Under the pieces are notes generated by a model. The model was not told the DNA's origin. It did not search any database and saw only the letters and a list, made by a program, of their open reading frames with translations. A stretch of 64,000 nt of DNA from Phallusia mammillata (taxonomy: Eukaryota), in the NCBI GenBank assembly GCA_965637545.1, contig OZ281500.1:7440001-7504000 (forward strand). Direction: 5' to 3'. Below are positions 13,471-25,200 of the stretch, piece after piece. The position numbers and the translations under genes are program-made. Every line of letters starts with the position of its first letter. Position 1 is the first letter of the stretch.

Positions 13471-16400
13471 GCAGCGAGGCCACGACATGCACATTTGTTT
13501 ACCCTATGTCTCTCTGGCAAATAATGCGAGATAAATCACATCGTGTTTTTCGATTGCAGTATTGGAGCTGTTGCGTGCTGTTTTCGTCTTAGCTTTCAAC
13601 GCGTGGATAACCCGAAACGAAACAGTTGCGGCGGAGTCCGAATCGAGTTGTTTGCTTTCCGAAAGCGATCCGGGGATTTCACTGGCGTGAAGCGGCTATC
13701 GTGGGGATTTACCTTGGGTTGTTCTCGCTCGTTAAGTTTAGTATTAGGCCTGAAAACTAAATATATTACGTGCGTGTATTTGCGACGTCGCTCTCAAAAA
13801 TATCCGGTGTTAAACTACATAATGCATTTCCTAAGTCCTTACGAAACAATCATGCCGTTTGGATTCCGCTAATATCGACTTTCTTGGTCCGCTATTGCTT
13901 CAAGTAGACTTTGAGGGCGTCGCACCTTACACCTGTCTGAAACTCGACAAGCGTTTCGAGTGGTGTTTACCAAGATACCGGCAAAAACAGTCGTGAATAT
14001 TCGCTTGTTGCGGTAGATCGAGATTCCCGACCGCTTACGTGCCCGCCTGCGATCTTTCGAGAAAAGGCGATCTACGCTCTGCAGCCACACACCGATTTAT
14101 TGCATTGGAATGTGTACACCGCGGCACGACGCAAAAACAAGCCCTACCCGTTGCGCAGTTGCGACCAAAAGACGAAACGATTTGAAGCTTAATCGGCTGG
14201 GCTTGTTGCATTTGCTTGCTTTGTAGATTCCTACTCACTGCTCTTATCTGTTACTCGTTGCCAGTCCTTTAACCACAGCACGGACGGTTTGTTTTTATGG
14301 CTCTCGGCCTTTGTCCCCAATGGAACGCTGTGTACTTACTACACAGGAGTGCCGCAGTCGCAGCAACACCCGTTTGCCAGAAGACCGTTGATCGCTGTCC
14401 GGTTTGGAATGAATCTGACAATTTTCCTGTTTGTGCTACCGCCGTTTCGCTAAGGTCACCACTCTCAGGGCGCAAGTGCCTTTGTTCGAGGCCCCTTATC
14501 AATGCCGCGCCGCAGTCCGCGCTGTCATGACATACGATCTTGGCCCGTCTGCCAGACCGTCGCTTCGGGACTCGCGCCCGCTGCCCGAGTAATCTCATGT
14601 TGTCCTTTGTTCGCTCAGCTTGAAACGCGTGGCGTGCCAGCGCTCGTTGCCGTGGACATTTCACTTGGGTTCCAGCTGACGCCTTTGCCACTCCTCTTCG
14701 CGGAGAAAAAACTCGGGCGAGGTTAAAATTGATCTATACCGGGGTTATCGCGTTTTAGAGGTGCGATTTCCACAATCGGCAGTCTGCATAATACAGGTCT
14801 TCATTGTAGCAACGCCAGGCGCCAAGGACGATAGACCCAGAATAAGCAATGCATTAAGGGGTCAAAACCGCAATGTAGAAACAGGGAGGTCCGTATGCGT
14901 TAAAATCTTTTTATCGCCCACTCTTGGTGCTGTATTGCGAAAGTTGATATCATGATTTCATTGATATCGCATTACCCTCAGTTTACTCTCTCTGTTGCAG
15001 TTTGACCTGTGCCTAAAGCAGCGATCAATCATTGTCCTTTTTATGTTACAAATCTTCCTCCAAAAATTGACCAAATACTGTTGTCAAAACAAGGTTTTTA
15101 TGTTTCAAACGAGAAATTATCTACAACTGGATGTGAAGTAAACTTTCAACCTTTTAAAACACGTATATGCAAATGTAGTTTTGCAGCGCAATGTTTCTAC
15201 ATTGGTACTTTTCTGTTGTCGCTTGTACTTTCCAAGGGTATGTTCCAATGCATAATGTATGCTTAGGAACCGTGGAAGCACGTCAAGTCGGTGCAAACAC
15301 CACTGCCCGCTTCACATGAATTTGCAATCAATCCTCCGTGTTGATCCGCAGCTGAGCAGAGAAAAGTCTCTGACACCTTGCTTGCCAGACAGTTTTATCG
15401 CGTCACGAGCGCAATGACAGCGTGACCTGCGCCATGTGAACTTATGGGTTCGCCCGGGGGTGTCAATTGCAATACTGTGCGAGCGACACAACAACTTGTT
15501 TTGATCGCCCGCCACCTAAATACGGCGTACAGAATGTGCTCCTGTGCCACATGATGACGTGACAAGGCTCGTGCGTACAGCGACGGGCCGGGGAGGGTAA
15601 CAATCGCTCCTGACGATTAGCAGACTTGTTTGCCCCACTCTCCACTGCAAAAAATACTCTTTGACTCGTAGGGTGTTAAGTGTTGCCAAATCGGTGCACA
15701 ACATACGCTCATCAGTAACTTCAAACAACAACCAGTGCCTTTCCGTACTTACCAGGCCTGTTTCGTAACATTTGTGCTTGGCGTACATAGGTTTGTTGTC
15801 GCTCAACAGGGTGGTCTTCCTGTCAGTAAGAGGTATTCACCCGGATGTCCACAGCGCCTCAAGCAATAACCTGAAGTCGATTTCATTTAGATTGCATAAA
15901 ACAGCAGACCAGTGCCGATCGACTTGCAAAAACTCCGCGACGTGTTTCCTGTTTGGACCCCGGTTCTCAGTTGTGCTCGTCGCGCGGCAACTGACTGCTT
16001 GTTGTCATTCCCTGCAGCTGCGATCTAGCTAGGATACTGCCACATATCCAATGGTGCAAGGGACCAGCATTGATTTCCTTCCTCCGCGAACAAAAGATTG
16101 GCACTGCTATGTCTTGGTAACAAATTTGCCATCTATGAGTGATTGTTTACTTTCTGTCTCTATTCCAGACAAATTTCTTTTAGCCCGAAAATCGATCTAA
16201 ATGCAGAAGACCTTCTGCGAAACGGGCCGATTTTTTAATCGAACGTTGCAAATTTGCGCCAGTCAGACAACCGAAATAGAGCACGCAAAGATTTTCGTTT
16301 TTCGTTTTTGTAGAAGGAAGTAGCTCCTATTAGTGGTGTCTGACTGACATCTGTCCCTATTTCTGTTCAGCACACCCGTCGATTTTGGTATCTCTGGCCT

Positions 16401-17990
16401 ATGGAATGAGATATAACTCATGTCCATGCCATTTGGCCTACGATACGCGCATTGGTCGCCCCTTAAGTGTGCGTGTGACGAATGTGGTTTACAGTGACAT
16501 AGCTTGTCCATTCCCTGTGTATGATGGCTTCCCTAAATTGTGTTGTAAATGAATTGAAAAAAAATCAAATCACATGAAATAGAATTGCTTTTAAAATTGC
16601 TGCAGGCAGCAGTTAGTCACTGTGTTTGGGTAAATACAAAAATGTGAAGGTATATACCGAGTAACGGTATTCTTGTATGCACATGACTCAGTCTGTACTC
16701 CTCCGTTAAAAAAAACTCCCAAAACACGTACTTTCCCACCCGACATAAATGCGGTACTTTTATCTAAATGCGGAACAGGCACAACAACATGTTCTGAAAT
16801 GTTTCCGCCAGCTCACACCTATTTTTTGGTGCGTGAATTGTGATGACGTTTTTAAACGGCTTGCATCGGTAAAAAAGAATGATTTGATTTCTTGCGTACG
16901 CATACTGTCGAAATTAGCTTTTGAAACCTGGAGCCACGTCAGCAAGCGCTTACGAAGCCAGGCCGCGGTCGATTGTGACGTAACTGCAGACGACGGATAG
17001 TAGCATTCTGATTTCGTTGCCCGAAGCGAAGATCGTTATGACGTTTTTGGCTTTTTCCTCCTAATGCAACCGGTCCTAAATAATAACTGTCGCCGTACTC
17101 GGCTGACGTGAATTACGTCGAACTCGCTTGCAGATTTTCTCCATACGGCCTCCCTCCCGCATTTCCGCGACCCATCGCATAACATATCCTTCGCAGTTAT
17201 CTAGAATGCTTAGCTCTCATATATTTATGTTTGTGGTTTCAACGGGAATGGGCCTAACTACCAGTGGCTGTCTTACACACAACACGGCAGCTTATGGTTT
17301 ACAGTCTTAATTACATGTTTCACATCCGAATGAAACAAATGGTTTGAAGCTACCCTGCGTGGCATTTACGTCATGTGGCGTCGATTTTATGGCGCCCCTA
17401 CAACAGAATTCATGTTCAACATGGACGCTACGTCATGATAATTCCCTGGAAATCGCCTTGTTTAACTTTAAGCCACGCGCGGGCACGCAATTTCAAGTCT
17501 TTACCACTGTTGCCCTTAAATCAGCGTCGTCCAAAGCACTTAGCGCCCTGATAATTGATAATTGCCATAGCTACGTATGCTACCACTTCAAATGGGCGCA
17601 AATTAACTCTGCGGTTGACAGATGATATGACATTTTAAAACTGCAACTTTAGACGACGTTTAAGAAAAGGTTAGCAATGAGTTTGCCCTATTCTATTTCT
17701 TAAAAGTGTTATCGCAGTACGAGTCAGCCTGGTGTTACTTTGGGCTTATTTACGGGGTAATTCGCTGTTTTGCATGCTGATGATTTACATGTAGCTGGGA
17801 GAAACGATGGCGGCTTTTCTCGCCTCTCCTAATAAATCGTTACAAGAGTGGGTTGAAGTAGTGCAAATTCCAGCTGTCATTTGCCAAAACTTTCACGCCC
17901 AAACGGCAGCTCGAAGTTGCACCTTTTGTTTGCGGGCCGTAAAGCGGACAGACTGTGGACAATAAAAGGACTGTCGGTGTCATGAAACGC

Positions 17991-18023
17991 AGCCAATCAT
18001 TTGGGCGCTAATCACCCTATTGG
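17991..18023 (+). promoter_or_regulatory. Paired CCAAT (NF-Y) boxes, candidate Pim proximal promoter
   Basis: AGCCAATCA at 17991-17999 and inverted ATTGG at 18019-18023, at the start of a CpG-dense stretch ~1.2 kb upstream of the Pim ATG. Confidence 0.4.
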
Positions 18024-19249
18024 ACGAGAATGACCTGTGGCGCTTTTTATCAGTCCTGTCGTGTAGCCATCCTGGGTAGTGCGAAGGCGCTCGGCGTTTG
18101 CGGGAAAAACCAAGTCGCGTCGTTGGTAACACGAGAGCGTGCTCAACAACTGGTAGCAGCAGGGTAGCGGCTGGCTCTGGCGCGCAGGGAGAAGGAGAGA
18201 GAGCACTCCAAGCTGCTTTCTAATCTTCTTTGTGCGTCGCTTTAGAAGCGCACGATCGCGACGTTGTTGGGTCAGTCTCTGCCAGGGCTCGTGCGCGCCG
18301 GACGATGATGTGCGTAAGCGTCACGAAACAATGCGACTACATACGTCAGGCAGAAAGGTTTATACTGGCGCGTCACTGAAATGACTTGATCTGCTCATGA
18401 CAGGCGGTGGAAATAAGAGTTCGCCAGATGAGCAGTGTGTGTAAGGTTTGTGTACCAGCAGCTGTTTGTTGTGTTGGTATGACAGGGAAAGGCGAGCTTT
18501 GTTTTGAGTGTAGCGCCGGAGAGCAGGCACCGAGTAGGCGTGTTTTTCTGCAGTGATATCAGATGTTTTGTCAGCACTGACTGGTCGAAGCATGTGCCTG
18601 ACGGGTCGTAGATCCAGATAGTCTCACATGCCTAAGCCGGGGGTGTGTACGTGTTGTGTACTGGCTCCTCGCTCACGAAAAAACAGGTGAACTGTTGGCA
18701 AAAGCGACTGAGTCATGTTGTTGTGCAACTGATGCTTGGTGACCGGCGCTAACACAGGCAAACATCAACATAATGTGGATGTCGATAACGGTCGACGGCG
18801 CATCACCGGACTGTCGTCCGGCTGCGTTGGCAGGTTTTTTAGTCGTGATTCGCAATAAGCGGTATATGCAAACCATTGCGGTGCGCTTTGTTTAAGAGAG
18901 CAGATGGCGACCACCGTCGAAAAACGTGAAAGAACCGCTTGCCTCAAATACCGTGCAGTCTTTGTAGTCAGTTTCAAAACAAAACCTTGTTAAGTTGTTT
19001 AGCGTTGACAGATAGCACTGTTTAGCAAGAGACGCGGAAGTGTTGTGTGTATTTTGAAGTTTCGGTGTTTTTTAAACATTTTTCAATTTTGTTCAACAGG
19101 TCATTTTTTAGCGTTACTAATATCGGACGATACACAAGTTGCCTGTGTTAGCATACCGCTATGACGACGTGCTAAAACGAGACTGCTTCTATTGATAGTT
19201 AGACAACGTGTCAGCGGTTTCCCTTTTCCCCGAACCGAGCTGCACCAGT

Positions 19250-22200
19250 ATGTCAACAGACAATTTTCCTCTTGGTCCGAAGGTTGGAAGCCCCTTCTGT
19301 TCGTTCGCAACAACTAGCGGATGCACGACAGCCGATGTGTGTGAACTGGTAACAAAGCAGGTTCACAACGCGTTTAACTGCCTTCGGGTGCCGGAACAAG
19401 GCGCGCCAACGTTCTGGTTCGCCCCAAGCTCGTTGCCGGGCTCCAGTCCAATGCCGATCAATACGCTTTCACCCCGCACTCACGGAATCACCGAGCAAGA
19501 TGATATATACTGCCAGTCAACGGCTTTTGAATCGCGAAACGCCAACTTCAACAGATTGTCGTCGCCTGAAGAACAACAAAGACTGATGATCGCAAATCAA
19601 GTTCTCTACACCCAAGCAATTTCAAAGCCAGCACACGAGATCAATCCTGATTTGGCACCAAGCGCTGTTTTTACAAATCAAGCTTGCGGAATGCCCATGC
19701 AACCGCCGACCATGCCGCTGTTGACAAACCAGCTTGCACCTTCATCTGAGCAGGCAATCCGCCGCCAAGCTTACTATCGCCAACGTCACCATCCCAATGC
19801 CAATCAGGCTTCCACGCCCGGTTGCACTATCGACGAACTGAAAAACAAGAATCGGTTTAGCGCAACAGCCTGTGGGGATTGCACTGTTGTACGCGACAGC
19901 AAAATGTCCTTGTCATCGGCACCGCCTTCCCCCACCGCTGGTACAGTTGGAGGGAGTTTGGGAAGCATGGCCAATCGTAGCAGCTACAATCATCTTGTCC
20001 ACGGTGGTGCCCCGATGACTCAAGGATTTATGCCTTCGTCTTCGGCTTATTGCACCCAGCCAGCAGCTTCCTATTCCTCTACAAAAAAGGTGTCTGATAT
20101 GTCCACTTCATCGACCTTGTCATCCTATTCATCTTCATCACTGTCTTCTTCATCCTCGGTTACTGGAGTTTCGCCTCGCAAAAGACGAGCTGACGAGAGC
20201 AACGCTAATTCTCAGACAGCGCGTTCATACAACGGATGCAGAGTCCCCAATACTTCATCCACGAGTGAAGTGACCGCTGGAGTAAATGGAGTACGATTGT
20301 ACGACAATTCGCGAGTTAGCCCAACTTGCCAGATTGCACAGGAATGGGCTTCCGAACAACATCAACACAAACGTTCCAAGAACGACAACGCAGACGATGA
20401 CGACGTTGTTTTTGTTTCCATGGAGCCAGCGCCAAAGCTTCCGCAGCAACGCCTTTGCGAGAATGTGTCTGGAAAAACTGCTATGGCGCTCAATCCATTT
20501 GCCTCAGTTCCCTCGCATCCCGTTAAGTCTGCGCGTAGGACGAAGAAAGGGTCGTCAAAGAGATCGACACGACCCCCATCAGCACGCGTTGTTTCCTCTT
20601 CCCCTGTTCCCGGCATGGTTCCTAGCAGCTCAACGCTTCAGCAGCAGAAAGTGACATCTGGCCAAGCAGTGTTTGTTGCTCCAGGTGCCTTAACCACCAG
20701 TTCTGCTGCATCAAACGAGCGCTACTTTTTAAGAAGCACTGCCAAACGGAACGGCGTCGATGAAAACAACAACACAAACAACGAGCGCCAAGTTTTACTG
20801 CAACCGGAGCACGGACGGAAAACCCAGCAAGGCGCTCACAACGTGCGTTACCACACTCGAAGCCAGCAGCGCCGACAAAAGAAGACGCCTGCGCCGGTTC
20901 AACAGCAGCAGCAACAACAACATTACGAACCAGCCGAGCAGCAAATTACACCGCAACAAGTGACAGTTGTAAGCGAGAGCCAGCAGAATGCGACGGAAGT
21001 AAAGCACTTGACCGTGCCGCCGACATCGTGTGTCGCGTCGACTTCCGCACCCACCTCCGTGATCCGATCCGCGCCTGCAGCACTGAACGTCGACGCTCAG
21101 CAAAGGTCCTCTTCGGCATTCAAAAAGATCTACGACATCCGAGGAATCATCGGAGCAGGAGGCGGTGGAACTGTTTATGCCGGTAAGTTAAATTTGCATG
21201 CAACCTATAGTAACTATACCAAAGCGAACTGTTTGGATCATTGGGCGCATGTTTGGACATATATGGGATAGAAATGGTCAACTTGTGGGGCAAGAGCACG
21301 CATTTGCAATTTTAAACCAATTGCCGCCGTGATTCAATGGCGCTCCCTGTATCACTTCAACAAAGCGACTGCTCCTAATTTGCACTTCATTGTCCGCTCG
21401 AACGACCAAATGAGTGGCTTATAGGTAACGCGATTGTTCGATTAATTGCTTTGCTGTTTCTCATCCCGGCTTGGGATTTTTCCGCCGCGCGCCGCTGACA
21501 GAGACAAAGGCCTTTGCATATACCAACCACATTTCGCTTCCTTCTGGTGCACATAGGTGCTGTCGTAAGGGCTTTTGAGTACTTGAGGTGCGGTACCTGG
21601 TCGATCATTTTGTGGTACTTTAAAGGCGTACGATTGTTATTGCGCAAGCGCGTTTGTGCTCATCGATTGGAGCGCGGTAAACATGTTTTCGAATCAAAAA
21701 TTGCCTATCAGGCAGCAGTCAGTCGCCTCCCACGTCCCATTCAGTCAGGCAGCTGTCTGTCACGGGACGATCATGCCGTGTAGGCGCAAAATTCCGCAAA
21801 GACGTGAACAGCAAACGTTGGCATTGATGTGTTGCTTGGCAGGACATAGCTCTAATTGCGACCAAGGCAACGTGGCGCCACCCGAGACTTTCCATGAAAG
21901 CGTTTGTGCCGCTGGCGACCCGATTTGCAAGCAGCAATGCGAAAGGCAAACAAGCAAAGTCGTTGACACTAACTTGTCATGACGCAATTCATTTTTGTGT
22001 AGCGCGTTTTTCGACTTTCTATCGGCAGCGGCAGCACACTGCGAAAGACAAACAAGGTTGCCCTCTAATTGTGCGTCACCTACTAACTAAACATCGCACC
22101 CAAACCACCAGTTGCTTTCGTTGAATTGCAGCACGGCCCCAATTAAAGGTTAAAGGCAGGACGCCGTAGCGAAATTATTTCTAGGAGCGCTTATCTTCTA

Positions 22201-25200
22201 AACGCAGCTGTTTTCGGAGAGGGTGCGCTTATAATTGTAAGTGGGTCTTTGCTGGAGCAATATGCTTGAACTTAACCGACGTCAGCTCATTGCGCTGATT
22301 GCGTAAAGTATGTCAACCCGATCGAATCCGTTGACGCAGAAATGCCTTGTTTGTTCTGGAACGGCTGGCGAGGGCGGCATCGAACGCCTTTATTGGACGA
22401 GCGCACTCGGCCGGATACGACTGTTCTTTGTTGGCCCAGCAACACGTCGTGCGCTCCGTAGATAAAGGCAAACAGGTGTCGAGCGAATCCCATACGCACT
22501 GGGCTGATTTTAAAAACTAGGATAGTGAGTCTAGCAGCCCGCACAGGCTGAGATGCGAGGCACAAAACAAAGACTGCTGTACTTGGAAGCCCATTTGCGT
22601 GACTCTGGTAACATGCGTGCCAGGCATTCCGCGAAAATCATCGACCAGCCGCATCTGATTTGGACGAAGCGTTGTCGCCCTTTCATGGGAGAGGAGCCTA
22701 TGCCCACCCACCCCACACATGACTGCGCCTTTTCGAGGACGCTTCTTTGACTAATCGTGCCTCATGGAATGCCTCGCGGGCGTGGGGACACCTCCCGACT
22801 TGTCCAGACTGGTTTGAATTGGACTGTTTTTCAGCCGCATTCATTCTGGTTGAAAAAGCAGTTTTGCAAAGCATTCTAATGTAGCACACGGTTTTCATTG
22901 CTAGTGATGAAATCTGTGTCGCTTCACACTTATGGTCGGATAACAGGCTTACGAGCCGTGTTTACAGGACAGTTCGCACACTCCGCCTTGATATTAAACG
23001 ACCACGGACGCATCATAAACCAAGGAAAGAATTCGTTTGGTGTGCGGCAAACGATGGCGAAGCGAGAGGAAACAACCGCTGCCCGATACGAGTTGCTTGT
23101 TGCGCTGTGTGTGCTTGTTACGGGTGTGTACAAGTACAATGGTAAACGCCAGCACGACCCGCGTGGCCGGGGCAACCCGATGTAGCATTCCCAGCCCTTT
23201 GTCACGTTTAACGGGAAGCGAAACCGCTCTATGGTTCTGGTGCTGCTTATACCCAAACAGTAAGCGAACAGTTTGCCGCTGCTGGCCGGGTATGCAGTAG
23301 CCAGTTCTGATGCAGTGATGTAAGCTTGCATGCTACCGGTATGCTTACATTACGCCCTTTGTCAACTAGCTGATTCATAAAAAATCAACATCCTTAGGCA
23401 CGATCGCAATTACCGGGAAGCAATATCGTGTATGGAGGGTACAATCTGCCGCTTACTCAAGACAATGCTGGTTCTAGCTCTCCCATAATCATGCGTAATA
23501 CCTCTTGATGCCGAAAGCATGTGTTGTTTGGCGTGTTTTGTAAACAAACCCGTTGCTCGGTGCAATGTATTGCAACGTGCATCGAAACATGATTGCACCG
23601 TGTTGTGATGTTGTGGTTTGAAGCGCCCGGTTGGGCAGCGTCGGACGTGTTTACCGTTTGAAATGAAAACAAACAATTTGTCACACAGGGTAGCATGAAC
23701 GGGGTCTCGATAGCCGTATTCAACACCCGCAGTCGGATGGCACTGTAAGTGGAAAATTGTGGCCTGGGTGTGAGCGTGTAATTTGTTCATGCGCTTCATA
23801 AACGAGGCTGTTGTGCCTCTCGCTGTCGACTCACGTCGCTTCGTTATTGCACCAAGGTGGTCGGATTATTGCTAACGACTGGGAGCGGCGTCCGCTGCTT
23901 GTAGAGCCGCACGGCGCGAATGCACGAAAACAAACTATTGTGTGAGGCCAAAGCTTTGCCTGGTACCCGCACACCCGAATTTCAATCAGATCAAAGTTTG
24001 CCTTTTATTGCCGCCCGTCCGACGTGTCACGTTGCCTTTCAGTGAAGCCAAGCCCTGGCGTGTAGACAATGTAACCCCACGTAGTTTGGGGTCAGGCAAA
24101 TCACACCTAGTTGCCAAGTGGGGTGCGGAATAATTCTTCGGCTTACGGTGGGCGGTCGATTTTGCTTACACTCCTGCTAATGGCCTTATCTTGGCAATTC
24201 GACCCGATCGCATGAGTCGTTCTTGGGATTTGTTTTGCGCCGTGTGTGCTGTGACAAGAGGCCTTGGAAACTTTGGCAGCTGACGCCAAGCGCTCACCGT
24301 TCTCTTCGCTTCTCCCGCGTGCCTCGCTTTGTTGACTACAAGTGGTGGGACGGTAGAAGGGCCGGGGCGCGGCGAGACAGATGTTGGCCTCGGTGCTAAT
24401 CGATTGGCCCTCCTCTGTCGCGCCTACCGTTTCTAGCTCAGCTCGCCATTCGTCGTGCAAGAACAGCAACAGCAGTTCGCTTTTGTGTCGCCGGAGAAAA
24501 TGACAATCCGCCTGCAACTGCAAACCACCCAGTCTCGCAAGCGCCGTTTCTACGTCACGTTCCCAACACCAATTCGCAACGCCAAGTTTCAGTTTGAAAC
24601 AGTAAACAAGCGTCATAGGGCTTACGATGAGGTTTGCTCACGACCTCTACTACGTCACAAGCACCATGGTAGCCCATAAACCTCGGGGAAACGCGTCGTG
24701 TTAAACGTGTCGTAGATGGTGTGCAGCGGATGAAAACTAGACTCTATTCTCGACAATGACAACCATAAATTGTACGAGCAAGACTTTAAATCGTAATCAG
24801 GTACAAAGAGAAAACGACGGTCAGCGTTTATCGCTAGTGCTCAGTTGAAGAATCTTTGATCCGTCGCCTTCTAACAACGCGCGCCACGGCCCTGGGCGGT
24901 GAATCAAACAGAAATTTTGACAAGCGCGGGTCGTCGTATTCTCAGGACGGGATCTCTTTGCCTTTTGGGAGCGCCCATCGACTGAATCATCGCAAATGTG
25001 CTGCCCACGGTGATTCCGCCCTCTATTATCATTGAACTGCCCCATGTCTGTATAAAGCCAGGGTGTTGTGTATGTTTGAATCTCGTCAAGCAGTGTAGCG
25101 TTTTCTGGTTGCATTTTCCCTGTTCGTCGCCAGTACAAGAACAATGCATTTATCGACCCTCTGCGCATTGTAAACGCTGCGATTGCGAACTTTGTAAAAA

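Noticed and set aside
1-19100. Many 60-174 aa ORFs in the track (e.g. 11088-11612, 14269-14691)
   Set aside because: No recognisable domains, many non-ATG starts, and no chain of splice sites giving a coherent protein; consistent with chance ORFs in moderately GC-rich non-coding DNA.
19208-21271. 687-aa ORF as a complete gene
   Set aside because: It is exon 1 of the kinase; the last ~29 codons are read-through past the GTAAGT donor at 21183.
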